Below, in pieces: positions 30,063 to 39,153 of a stretch of DNA of 64,000 bases. The stretch is from Gemmatimonadota bacterium. Lineage in GTDB: Bacteria > Gemmatimonadota > Gemmatimonadetes > Gemmatimonadales > GWC2-71-9. The stretch covers positions 32,001 through 96,000 of the forward strand of contig JAZDCY010000014.1 in NCBI GenBank assembly GCA_036679645.1, read 5' to 3'. The notes under the pieces were generated by a model. It ran no database searches, was not told where the DNA came from, and saw only the letters and a program-made list of their open reading frames with translations. Numbering within the stretch: the stretch's first letter is position 1; every line of letters begins with the position of its first letter. The position numbers and the translations under genes are program-made.

Positions 30063-32569
30063 CCGGCGTCATCGGTATCGTCGCCCTCATGTTGGTCGCC
30101 GCCGCCGCGGCGATTGGACTCAAGCGCACGAACCTGCCCTATACGGTGGGGCTCGTGCTCGTCGGGCTTCTGCTCGGCCTCATCTCGGAACAGAGCCAGG
30201 CGCTCGAGCCGTTGAGCCAGCTCACCCTCTCCCCCGAGATCATACTCTTCGTCTTTCTGCCGACGCTGATCTTCGAGTCAGCGTTTGGGCTCGACAGCCG
30301 CCTGCTTATCAAGAACCTGGCCCCCGTAATGACGCTTGCGGCGCCGGGTCTGCTCTTATCCACGGCCATCATCGGCAGCCTCCTGGCCTGGCTGACGTCG
30401 CTTCCCTTCGGAACCGCCCTGCTCTTTGGCGCTCTCATCTCCGCCACCGACCCCGTTGCGGTCATCGCGCTGTTCAGGGAGGTCGGAGCGCCCAAGCGCC
30501 TCACGATTCTGGTCGAGGGCGAGAGCCTCTTCAACGACGCCACGGCGATCGTGCTCTTCCACATCCTCCTTGCCGGTGGCGCCGCCGTGGGGCTCGCCGC
30601 CATCGGGCAGGGCGTCGCGAAGTTCGTCGTGGTCTTTGCGGGCGGGCTCGTGGTGGGCGCGGTCATCGGATACCTGATGATCCGCGTCATCGCATTCGCG
30701 GACGACGACCCGCTGGTCGAGGTTGCGCTCTCGACCGTCGTGGCATACGCAGCGTTCATCGCCGCAGATCATTACTTCCACGTCTCGGGTGTGATGGCGA
30801 CGGTCGGCGCCGGGCTCGTCGTGGGCACGCTGGGCTCGACGCGGTTCCCACCCGCGGTCAGGGCGTACCTGCATCAGTTCTGGGAGTACGCCGCGTTCGT
30901 GGCAAACAGCCTGATCTTCCTCCTCGTCGGCATGACCGTCGAGCCGGCACTGGTGTGGCAGTTCCGCGTCCCGATCCTGATCACGATTGGCGCGGCACTC
31001 GTCGCGCGGGTCGTCACCGTGTTCGGGCTGACCCCGCTCGTGAGCCGCATCAGCGAACCGATCGACTGGCGCTACCGGGTCGTGTTGTTCTGGGGCGGGC
31101 TGCGCGGTGCCGTTGCCCTGGCGCTCGTGCTCAGCCTCGATCCGTCCTACCCGCAACGCGAGATGCTGATCGGGATGGCGGTCGGGATGGTCCTGTTCAC
31201 ACTGCTGGCCGGGGGACCGACGATGGGACCCCTCATTCGCTGGCTGGGGCTGGACAAGCCGGATCTGGTCGATCGCGTGGCACGCGCGCAGGCCAACCTC
31301 GCTGCAAAACGCGGAGCGCTGGCGCGCGTTGAGCGTCTCAAGACGGCTGGGCATTTCTCAAACCGGCTAGTGGCCGATATCGAGGTCGAGTACGAGGAGC
31401 GGGTGCTGGTCATCGAGCGAGAGTTGGCGGACCTGCGCGCCGTCTGCTCCGAGACCGACATGCGTCGGGTGCTGTGGTCCGAGGCGCTCGCAGCCGAGCA
31501 GGCCGCCTATCGGGGCCAATTCGACCGTGGGGCCATGTCCGAACCGGTGCTGCGGGAGTTGGAACTTGGGCTTGCGCTGCGGCGCGACCGACTGAAACGC
31601 GGGGAGATACCCACCGATCACCAGACGGCGAGTCCCATCGAACTCAGGGTGGCCAGTGCAACGAACTGGTTGCTGGAACGCGTGGTCCCGCGCAGTCGCC
31701 TGGTGCAGCGGCACCGGGTACGCACACTCGCGGCGAAGTACGAACGTGATACTGCATTGGTCGAAGCAGGCGCACGTGTCGCCGAGGAGGTGGATCGCCT
31801 GGCGGCACTGTCGGGCATCGACCGCAAGCTGGTCGTGGAGTGTCACGAGGCCTACCAGGCGACGGGCGACGCGGCGATGGCACGAATCGACGAAATCGCC
31901 GAGCACTTCCCCGAGTACGCCCGCGAGGTTCAGCACCGCACCGCACGTCGCATCGCGCTCGATGCCGAAGGCGATGCCATAGCGAACCTCGCGAGCACGG
32001 GCGGTATCCCGAGCAACGTTGCGCGCGATGTCAAACATGAGCTCGAGCAAACACAACGCCGGCTAGCGCGTCAGCCGGTGACGGCGCTCGAACCCAGTCC
32101 CGCCGATCTTCTCGCGCGCGTACCGTTCTTCCAGGATCTCGAGCAGGCCGATCTCGACCGCGTGGTGACGCGCTTGGCACCACGCACGGTGTTCGAGGGT
32201 GAGGAGATCATCCGTCAGGGCCAGAAAGGCAATTCGCTCTTCCTCGTCGCCCGTGGGGTCGTAGCCGTGTTCGTGGTGCGGGCCGGGGCGGACGAGGGGG
32301 AACGGCGCATGGCGTCACTGTATGCCGGCGATTTCTTCGGCGAGATGGCGCTCCTGACCGCCGAGCGGCGTACCGCCACGGTGCGGGCCATGAGCGACTG
32401 CCAACTCTACGAACTGGCCAAATCAGAGGTAGACGCCTTGTGCCTCACGTGCGCCGGAGTCAAGGAGGCGCTCGTACGCGCGTACGAGAACCGGCGACAG
32501 GCGCTCGAGCGGCGACGTTCGTCACAGATTCTGCACGTGCCGCCTGAAGCGCTCGAGGAGACCGACTAG
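30041..32569 (+). CDS. CPA1 Na+(K+)/H+ antiporter with C-terminal cyclic-nucleotide-binding domain
   Basis: SATDPVAV, GESLFNDATA, WGGLRGAV; CNBD FFGEMALL...RTATVRA. Confidence 0.9.
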   Translation: MAAESIVAGVIGIVALMLVAAAAAIGLKRTNLPYTVGLVLVGLLLGLISEQSQALEPLSQLTLSPEIILFVFLPTLIFESAFGLDSRLLIKNLAPVMTLAAPGLLLSTAIIGSLLAWLTSLPFGTALLFGALISATDPVAVIALFREVGAPKRLTILVEGESLFNDATAIVLFHILLAGGAAVGLAAIGQGVAKFVVVFAGGLVVGAVIGYLMIRVIAFADDDPLVEVALSTVVAYAAFIAADHYFHVSGVMATVGAGLVVGTLGSTRFPPAVRAYLHQFWEYAAFVANSLIFLLVGMTVEPALVWQFRVPILITIGAALVARVVTVFGLTPLVSRISEPIDWRYRVVLFWGGLRGAVALALVLSLDPSYPQREMLIGMAVGMVLFTLLAGGPTMGPLIRWLGLDKPDLVDRVARAQANLAAKRGALARVERLKTAGHFSNRLVADIEVEYEERVLVIERELADLRAVCSETDMRRVLWSEALAAEQAAYRGQFDRGAMSEPVLRELELGLALRRDRLKRGEIPTDHQTASPIELRVASATNWLLERVVPRSRLVQRHRVRTLAAKYERDTALVEAGARVAEEVDRLAALSGIDRKLVVECHEAYQATGDAAMARIDEIAEHFPEYAREVQHRTARRIALDAEGDAIANLASTGGIPSNVARDVKHELEQTQRRLARQPVTALEPSPADLLARVPFFQDLEQADLDRVVTRLAPRTVFEGEEIIRQGQKGNSLFLVARGVVAVFVVRAGADEGERRMASLYAGDFFGEMALLTAERRTATVRAMSDCQLYELAKSEVDALCLTCAGVKEALVRAYENRRQALERRRSSQILHVPPEALEETD

Positions 32570-32608
32570 TCGTTGCCTCTCCTGCACTCGCATCTCATCT
32601 TCACAGCA

Positions 32609-33628
32609 ATGCACGACGATCTTACCCAGGTACGGCGCCGCCTGGCGCTGTTCGCGCTCGTCTTGCTCCTCATGGCCGTGGCCGGAAGCATCGGGTTCGT
32701 CCTGATCGAGGGGTGGACGTTCGCCGAGTCCCTGTACATGACCGTCCTGACGCTCTCCACGGTGGGGTTTGCGGAGGTCCATCCGCTCTCCACCGGCGGC
32801 CGGGCATTCACGACGGCTCTGATCGTGGCGGGTATCGCCACCGTGGCCTACCTGTTCAGCGCTGTCAGCCAGTACGTGGTGAGCGGCGAACTGAGGGGCA
32901 CTATCCGGAGCAGACGCATGAGACAACGCATCGAGGCCTTGACCGGCCATTACGTGGTGTGCGGATTCGGACGCGTGGGACGTGAGGTCGTCGCGGACCT
33001 ACGCGAGAAGGGACACGAGTGCGTCGTGGTTGAAATGCACTCTGCTGATCACGATCACGAGAAAGAGGACATTCTCTGGGTCAACGGAGATGCCGCAGAC
33101 GATGAGTCTTTGCGAAGCGCTGGTATCGAGCGGGCACGCGGGCTGGTGGTCGCAACGGGCGACGACCCGACGAATCTCTTCGTTACCGTCAGCGCGCACG
33201 CACTGAACCCCGACCTGTGCATCGTTGCACGCATGAACGACGAATCGTCCGGTCCCAAGCTGCTGCGGGCCGGCGCCACCCACGTCATCTCACCATACAC
33301 GATCAGCGGCCGGCGGATCGCAGCCCAATTGGTGTCGCCGGCGCTGACCGATTTTCTGGATGTCGTAATGCACTCGGGCGACCTCGAGTTGTGGCTCGAG
33401 GAGTGCCGGGTGTCAAACGACAGCGAAATCCAGGGTAAGACGGTGGGTGAAGCGAACGTGCGTCAGGCCACGGGCGCGAATGTCCTAGCAGTGCGGCGCG
33501 GCAAAGACGGCACAATTCTGACGAACCCCGCTCTGGATATGCGGTTCGAGTCCGGCGATGTGCTGATCGCGCTGGGAACGCGGGACCAGCTCAGCGAGTT
33601 GAACCGGGCTGCCGGGTTCCAGGCGTAG
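32609..33628 (+). CDS. 2-TM potassium channel with RCK domains
   Basis: TLSTVGFAEVHPLS; HYVVCGFGRVG; TrkA-C. Confidence 0.9.
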   Translation: MHDDLTQVRRRLALFALVLLLMAVAGSIGFVLIEGWTFAESLYMTVLTLSTVGFAEVHPLSTGGRAFTTALIVAGIATVAYLFSAVSQYVVSGELRGTIRSRRMRQRIEALTGHYVVCGFGRVGREVVADLREKGHECVVVEMHSADHDHEKEDILWVNGDAADDESLRSAGIERARGLVVATGDDPTNLFVTVSAHALNPDLCIVARMNDESSGPKLLRAGATHVISPYTISGRRIAAQLVSPALTDFLDVVMHSGDLELWLEECRVSNDSEIQGKTVGEANVRQATGANVLAVRRGKDGTILTNPALDMRFESGDVLIALGTRDQLSELNRAAGFQA

Positions 33629-33655
33629 CAACCACACCGGGCGTGTAGGGCGGCG

Positions 33656-35044
33656 CTACCGGGGAAGCGTCTCTGCCAGATCCGCCACGACGTACGCCAT
33701 CACGGCCATCGTGGCCACACACATCGCCATCTCTCTCGGGTCGAGCTTGTCGATCGTATCGCTCGCGGTATGGTGGTACCAGAAGTAACGCGTGCCGTCG
33801 ACACGGAGTCCCATCCCCGGCACGCCCTCGCGCATGATCGGGCCGATGTCTGCGCCCCCACCGCCACGACGGATCTCTCCGGCACCGATCCGGTCGAGCA
33901 ACGCGCCCACCTGGCTCACGATCGCGTACGCGGCGTCCGATCCGGTAAAACCGAATCCGAGCGGCTGGAAAACGCCGCCATCGGACTCGATGGCCAGCAC
34001 ATGATTGTCCAACTCGCCTTCATGCTGTTCCAGATACGCTCGTCCGCCGCGTAGACCGTTCTCCTCGTTGGTCCATCCGACGACGCGTATGGTTCGCCGC
34101 GGACGCAACCCCAACGCCTTGAGCAATCGGATGGCCTCCCAAGCGGCGACCACACCACCACCGTCATCCATGGCCCCCTGGCCCACGTCCCACGAATCGA
34201 TGTGCCCCCCCATGACCACAACCTCATCGGGACGTTCAGTGCCGCGTAGCTCGGCGATGACGTTGCGGGACATCGCATCGGGAAGCGAATGCGCCGCCAT
34301 CGTGAGATGCACCACGATCCGCTCGCCGCGATCCTGCATACGCTGGAGCAGTTCCGCATCCTCGATGGTGATTGCGGCATGGGGAATACGCGGCACGCTG
34401 TCAGCATATCGCATGGCGCCGGTGTGCGGCGTTTGCTGAGAGTATGGTGTCACCGACCGGATGAGACTCGCTACCGCGCCCAGGCGCCCCGCGGCGACGG
34501 CCCCGTTCAGACGGTAACGCACGGTCCGCCCATAGCCTTCGAACGGCGCGTTGAAGAGCACGATCTTCCCGCGCGCCTCCTCTGCACGGGTTTCGAGTTC
34601 GTCGAAGGTCCCGACAACGAGAACTTCCGCCGTGATCCCTTCGGCGGGCGTCCCGATGCTCCCCCCCAGTCCCAGCATGGGCAGGCGATGCCGGCGTGGC
34701 TCGATTAGCTCGGCAGACTCCTCCCCACGCACCCAAACGGGGACCATCGCCTCTTCGCCGTGAACGTTCTCCAGTCCATCCGCCCGCATCTGCTCCAGCG
34801 TCCAGCCGATTGCACGTTCGAGACTTTCCGATCCGGACAACCGGTGGCCGAATAGATCGACAAAAAGCGCCAGCCGCTCATAGGCCGCGCTGTCCGCGAG
34901 CGCCGCCTCGATTATGCGGTCCGCAACGGCACTATACCGCTCGTCTATCGATTGCCCCCCCGCCACTCGGGGCAGCACCGGCAAGAGGGCTAAGCACAAG
35001 CCCAGCGACATGACGGCCCGGAATAATCGGCTCTTCACAAACAT
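33656..35044 (-). CDS. M28-family peptidase (carboxypeptidase Q-like), secreted
   Basis: GGHIDSWDVGQGAMDDGGG, NEENG, ESDGG, YHHT; start may be 35012. Confidence 0.9.
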   Translation of the reverse strand: MFVKSRLFRAVMSLGLCLALLPVLPRVAGGQSIDERYSAVADRIIEAALADSAAYERLALFVDLFGHRLSGSESLERAIGWTLEQMRADGLENVHGEEAMVPVWVRGEESAELIEPRRHRLPMLGLGGSIGTPAEGITAEVLVVGTFDELETRAEEARGKIVLFNAPFEGYGRTVRYRLNGAVAAGRLGAVASLIRSVTPYSQQTPHTGAMRYADSVPRIPHAAITIEDAELLQRMQDRGERIVVHLTMAAHSLPDAMSRNVIAELRGTERPDEVVVMGGHIDSWDVGQGAMDDGGGVVAAWEAIRLLKALGLRPRRTIRVVGWTNEENGLRGGRAYLEQHEGELDNHVLAIESDGGVFQPLGFGFTGSDAAYAIVSQVGALLDRIGAGEIRRGGGGADIGPIMREGVPGMGLRVDGTRYFWYHHTASDTIDKLDPREMAMCVATMAVMAYVVADLAETLPR

Positions 35045-35074
35045 TTCACGACACCTTTAAGGACACGAGGAGAA

Positions 35075-35092
35075 TTTGAACGGTGGTTCAAA
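35075..35092. promoter_or_regulatory. palindromic operator candidate TTTGAAC-N4-GTTCAAA
   Basis: Perfect 7-bp inverted repeat in the divergent intergenic region upstream of tetR. Confidence 0.6.
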
Positions 35093-35115
35093 GAAACCAT
35101 TTTTCCCACGGGTAA

Positions 35116-35724
35116 GTGTACACGATGTCGCAGGCCACCGCATCACCGAAGGTGCAAGCGAAGCGGCGCCGCCGTAGGGCGGAGATCCTCCAGGCGGCGC
35201 TGCGTGCCTTTCGGGACAAGGGCTATCACGCCACGACGCTCGACGATATCGCGGAGCGCATTGGGATTCGGAACACCGCCCTCTATCACTACTTCCCCGA
35301 CAAGGAAGCGATCCTCTACGCCTGTCATCGCGAGTCCCTCGCCGAGGTCGACCGCCTACTGGCCGAAGCGACGTCACACTGCGAGCGGGCGCCCGACCAA
35401 CTGACCTACATCATACGCGAGCACGTGCGCGTGATGACAGAGACGTTGCAGGGCTCTCCGCTCGGTCTCGAGGTCTCGTCGCTATCGCCAAGACACCAGT
35501 CGGAGGTCATCAGTGCGCGGGACCGGTACGAGCGTGGCTTGCGACGGATCATCATGCGGGGCCAGCGCGAGGGTGCGTTTCGGTCCGTCAACCCGAAGAT
35601 CGCCGTCTTTGCTATCCTCGGTGCGATCAACTGGATCGCCCGCTGGTACAGCCCGGACGGCTCCATTCAAACACAACAACTCGGGTCGGAATTTGCCGAC
35701 CACCTCGTTGGAGGTCTCTCATGA
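35116..35724 (+). CDS. TetR-family regulator
   Basis: GYHATTLDDIAERIG..TALYHYFPDKE; NWIARWY.PDG (KstR2/PaaR-like C-terminus). Confidence 0.9.
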   Translation: MYTMSQATASPKVQAKRRRRRAEILQAALRAFRDKGYHATTLDDIAERIGIRNTALYHYFPDKEAILYACHRESLAEVDRLLAEATSHCERAPDQLTYIIREHVRVMTETLQGSPLGLEVSSLSPRHQSEVISARDRYERGLRRIIMRGQREGAFRSVNPKIAVFAILGAINWIARWYSPDGSIQTQQLGSEFADHLVGGLS

Positions 35725-36785
35725 CGGCAACAACGGACGCGAGGCATTTCGCCTCACGACCTGCGCAGGACTTTGGCTTCTCCGACGTGCTCTACACGAA
35801 GGAGGATCAGATTGCCCGTATAACGATCAACCGGCCACACGCCTACAACTGCTACTCGACCGCTGCACTCGAGGAGTTGGCCACGGCATTCCGGGACGCG
35901 AGCTTCGACGACGCCGTCGGGGTCATCGTCTTCACGGGCGCCGGCGACCGGTCGTTCTGCACCGGCGGGGACGTGAAGGAATACGCAGACAGTTATGTCG
36001 GCACGCCGCGTGACTACTGGAAGTACATGGCGCTGTTCCGCGCGTACATCGAGAGCATCCTCAATACAGGTAAGCCGGTCGTGGCACGCCTCAACGGCAT
36101 GGCCGTGGGCGGCGGCAACGAGAGTCAACTGGCGTGCGATCTTACCGCCATGGCCCAGCATGCCTACATCAAGCAGGTGGGCACGCAGGTGGGTTCGGTG
36201 GCATGTGGTGGATCGACCCAGTGGCTCCCGCTCGTTGCCGGTGACAAGCGCGCGCGGGAGATTCTTTTCCTGAACGAGCCGATCAGTGCGGAGAAATCCA
36301 GGGAATGGGGGCTCGTGAACTGGGTGGTTCCGTCGGTGCGCCATCATGACGAGTGGGTCGAGCAGGCATCACCTGCGGAGATCAAGCAGGCCCAGAAAGG
36401 GCAGGACGGTTATCGCATCGATCTGAGCAAGCTCGACGAGTTCGTCGACGACCTTTGCAAGCGGCTGCTGGCAAGCTTCCCCGAATGTACGCGTTACACC
36501 AAACAGCAGCTCAACTTCTGGAAAGACCTTGCGTGGCACTCGACGGCACGACACGCACAGGATTGGCTTGCGCTACACTACGCCTGCTGGGAGCCGGTCG
36601 AGGGGATGCGCGCCTTTGTCGAAAAGCGCGCGCCTGACTATGCCATGCTGCGCAACCGGGCGGCAGACGGTGCATCAACCGAGCTGCCATGGGGCGCTCC
36701 CACCCGCGCGTGCAGTGCGTGCGGTTCGATCAATCTTCCGGCGGACCACGCGTTCTGCGGCGCATGCGGCCAACAGCTGTCGTAA
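35721..36785 (+). CDS. oah: 6-oxocyclohex-1-ene-1-carbonyl-CoA hydrolase with C-terminal zinc-ribbon-like tail
   Basis: Crotonase fold YNCYST, FTGAGDRSFCTGGDVKEYA, FPECTRYTK; operon context. Confidence 0.8.
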   Translation: MTATTDARHFASRPAQDFGFSDVLYTKEDQIARITINRPHAYNCYSTAALEELATAFRDASFDDAVGVIVFTGAGDRSFCTGGDVKEYADSYVGTPRDYWKYMALFRAYIESILNTGKPVVARLNGMAVGGGNESQLACDLTAMAQHAYIKQVGTQVGSVACGGSTQWLPLVAGDKRAREILFLNEPISAEKSREWGLVNWVVPSVRHHDEWVEQASPAEIKQAQKGQDGYRIDLSKLDEFVDDLCKRLLASFPECTRYTKQQLNFWKDLAWHSTARHAQDWLALHYACWEPVEGMRAFVEKRAPDYAMLRNRAADGASTELPWGAPTRACSACGSINLPADHAFCGACGQQLS

Positions 36786-37144
36786 CGGGCGCGGGGTCCG
36801 GGATCGGTCGCGCGGTCGCCGACGCCATCGCGGGTGATGCGTGGGTGGCCTCACTCGATCTGTCTTTCCCAGACGACGAAACGCGTGCGCACCACGCGGC
36901 CAAGGCCGACGTCACCAAGCCGTCAGAGATCGATGCCGCCATAGCACGCATCGTGGACGAGCGCGGTGGCATCGACTGGGTCGTCTGCGCCGCCGGCATC
37001 GTGCGCGACCGCGTCTCCTGGAAGATGTCCGACGCGGACGATGTGGCCACGGCCGTCCGGTTTCTTTGCAGCACCGGCGCCGCTTTCATCACCGGCGCGG
37101 TCTTGCCGGTCGACGGCGGCCAGCTACTGGGAGGGGCGTCGTAA
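36764..37144 (+). pseudogene. SDR oxidoreductase with large in-frame internal deletion
   Basis: TGAGSGIG, AGIVRDRVSWKMSDAD joined directly to DVATAVRFL...FITGAVLPVDGG; YxxxK region absent; 126 aa. Confidence 0.8.
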
Positions 37145-37145
37145 C

Positions 37146-37907
37146 ATGTCTGCCATACGTCACTTCGTTCAGGACGGCATCGCCCGGGTCGCTCTCGACC
37201 ATCCCCCACTCAACATCCTGAACAGGGACGCGCTTGCCGCGCTGCGCGCCGCGCTGGCAGACCTGGCATCCGATCCCTCCGTGCGGGTCCTCGTGTTGAG
37301 CGCTGCGGGAAAACACTTCTCCGCCGGCGCGGATGTAGGCGAACACCTGCCGCCGGTGGTAGACGAGATGATCCCCGAGTTTCTCGAGACGGTGACGGCG
37401 CTCGACACGTTTCCGCTTCCAACCATCGCCGCGGTGCAGGGCAAGTGTCTTGGCGGAGGCTTCGAGATCGTACTGGGTACCGACCTCGTCATAGCCGCGG
37501 ACAACGCACTGTTCGGTCAGCCGGAGATCGTGCTCGGCGTCGTACCGCCTGCCGCGTGTGCAATGCTGCCGTCGCGCACCACGAGGGGTATCGCTGCCGA
37601 TCTGATCTTTACGGGCGACCCGTTGCCCGCCACGGAGGCGCTGCACGCCGGACTCGTGCGGCGCGTAGTGCCACTGGACGACCTCGAAACGGCCGCCCTG
37701 GACCTGGCGGCGCGGATCAGCCGGCACAGCGCGGCGGCTCTACGTGTCGCGAAACGATCACTGCGCGGTCCCGACCGCGAACACCAGGAGGCGGCAATGA
37801 CCACCGCACGCGCGGCGTACCTCGATGACCTGATGGCGACCGCGGACGCGCTCGAGGGCCTCACCGCCTTCGTCGAAAAACGACAGCCGACGTGGAGGCA
37901 CCGGTGA
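37146..37907 (+). CDS. dch: cyclohexa-1,5-diene-1-carbonyl-CoA hydratase
   Basis: HFSAGADVGEHLP, CLGGGFE, GQPEIVLGV, YLDDLMATADALEG. Confidence 0.8.
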   Translation: MSAIRHFVQDGIARVALDHPPLNILNRDALAALRAALADLASDPSVRVLVLSAAGKHFSAGADVGEHLPPVVDEMIPEFLETVTALDTFPLPTIAAVQGKCLGGGFEIVLGTDLVIAADNALFGQPEIVLGVVPPAACAMLPSRTTRGIAADLIFTGDPLPATEALHAGLVRRVVPLDDLETAALDLAARISRHSAAALRVAKRSLRGPDREHQEAAMTTARAAYLDDLMATADALEGLTAFVEKRQPTWRHR

Positions 37908-39070
37908 CGACTGCAGTCTTTACGGCGTGGCGCGACCGCTCGCTCGATGAGTCCCTGTACGAGTGCCGCGAAATGGTCGAGGATACCGACTTCCCAACGG
38001 TCCGTCGTTGGCGGGAGCAGGGCGGCAAGGTAATCGGTCACTTCCAGGTCTATTTCCCCGAGGAGATTGCGCACGCCGCCGGTGCCCTGCCATTCAAGGT
38101 GCGCGGCGCGCCCGTCGAGCCAATCCAATCCGACTCCCGTTTCGGGTCCTATCTCTGCTCCATTCTCAAGACGTCACTCGAGTTGGCACTGAGCGGCCGG
38201 GTCGAATTGGACATGTTCGTTACACACCCGATCTGTGACGCCGCCCGCAACCTCGCGGCCGTCTGGGGGCGTAACGCCGCGTATCCCTGTCAGATCCTCT
38301 ACCTGCCGCAGAACGCCAATTCGCAGCACGCAGCCACCTACCTGCGAGGGGAGTATGACCGTATCAAACGGTCCGTCGAAGAGATCGTCGGATGCGACAT
38401 AACCGATGAAGATCTCCGCCGGTCAGTAGGCGTCTTCAACGAGAATCGCGCGCTGCTTCGAGAACTGTACGAGATCAAGCGCGAAACCCCGTGGCTGATA
38501 TCCGCGGAGGACGGCTACGTCCTCGTCGCGCTGGGTGGCCTCATCCCGCGCGAGGAACACAACGAGTTGCTGCGCGCGCTGCTGCCACAAATCCGAGAGC
38601 GGCCCGGCAAGCGACAGGACCGGATCCGCATCGTGCTCGAAGGGGGGTTCTGCGAACAGCCTCCGCTAGATCTCATCCGAGCCATCGGGCGGTCGTGTTA
38701 CGTGGTGGACGACGACTTGTTGATCGGCATGCGCTGGCTCACGGACGACGTCCCGACCAAAGGCGATCCGCTCGCGAAGCTCGCGGAAGCCTATCTCGAA
38801 CGTTCCACGTACAGCCCGGTCCAGCACGACCTGCGCAAGCCCAAGGAACGCATGCTGCTCAAACGGATCGAAGGGTCGGCCGGCGAAGCTGCCGTGGTGA
38901 TGGCGGCCAAGATGTGTGAGCCCGGCCTCGAGGAGCAGGTCGTGTACACGCGCGAACTCGATACCGCGGGCATCCCGTACTTCGTGAGCGAGTTCGAGGA
39001 GAACATGACGAGCTTCGATCACCTCGAGATCCAGCTGGAAACGTTCGTGGAGAACATCTTGTTTGAGTAG
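37904..39070 (+). CDS. bcrC: class I benzoyl-CoA reductase subunit C (gamma)
   Basis: VYFPEEIAHAAG, SYLCSI, ICDAARNL, GGFCEQPP, KMCEPGL. Confidence 0.85.
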   Translation: MTTAVFTAWRDRSLDESLYECREMVEDTDFPTVRRWREQGGKVIGHFQVYFPEEIAHAAGALPFKVRGAPVEPIQSDSRFGSYLCSILKTSLELALSGRVELDMFVTHPICDAARNLAAVWGRNAAYPCQILYLPQNANSQHAATYLRGEYDRIKRSVEEIVGCDITDEDLRRSVGVFNENRALLRELYEIKRETPWLISAEDGYVLVALGGLIPREEHNELLRALLPQIRERPGKRQDRIRIVLEGGFCEQPPLDLIRAIGRSCYVVDDDLLIGMRWLTDDVPTKGDPLAKLAEAYLERSTYSPVQHDLRKPKERMLLKRIEGSAGEAAVVMAAKMCEPGLEEQVVYTRELDTAGIPYFVSEFEENMTSFDHLEIQLETFVENILFE

Positions 39071-39113
39071 GTGTGCAGAATGCGGAACGCATAGCGGAGT
39101 CCAATACGAACAT

Positions 39114-39152
39114 CCCCCTCTCCACGAAGTGGAGAGGGGGCAGGGGGTGAGG
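39114..39152. repeat. REP-like palindromic element inside the bcr operon
   Basis: CCCCCTCTCCAC-GAA-GTGGAGAGGGGG perfect 12-bp stem plus CAGGGGGTGAGG tail. Confidence 0.7.
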
Positions 39153-39153
39153 T

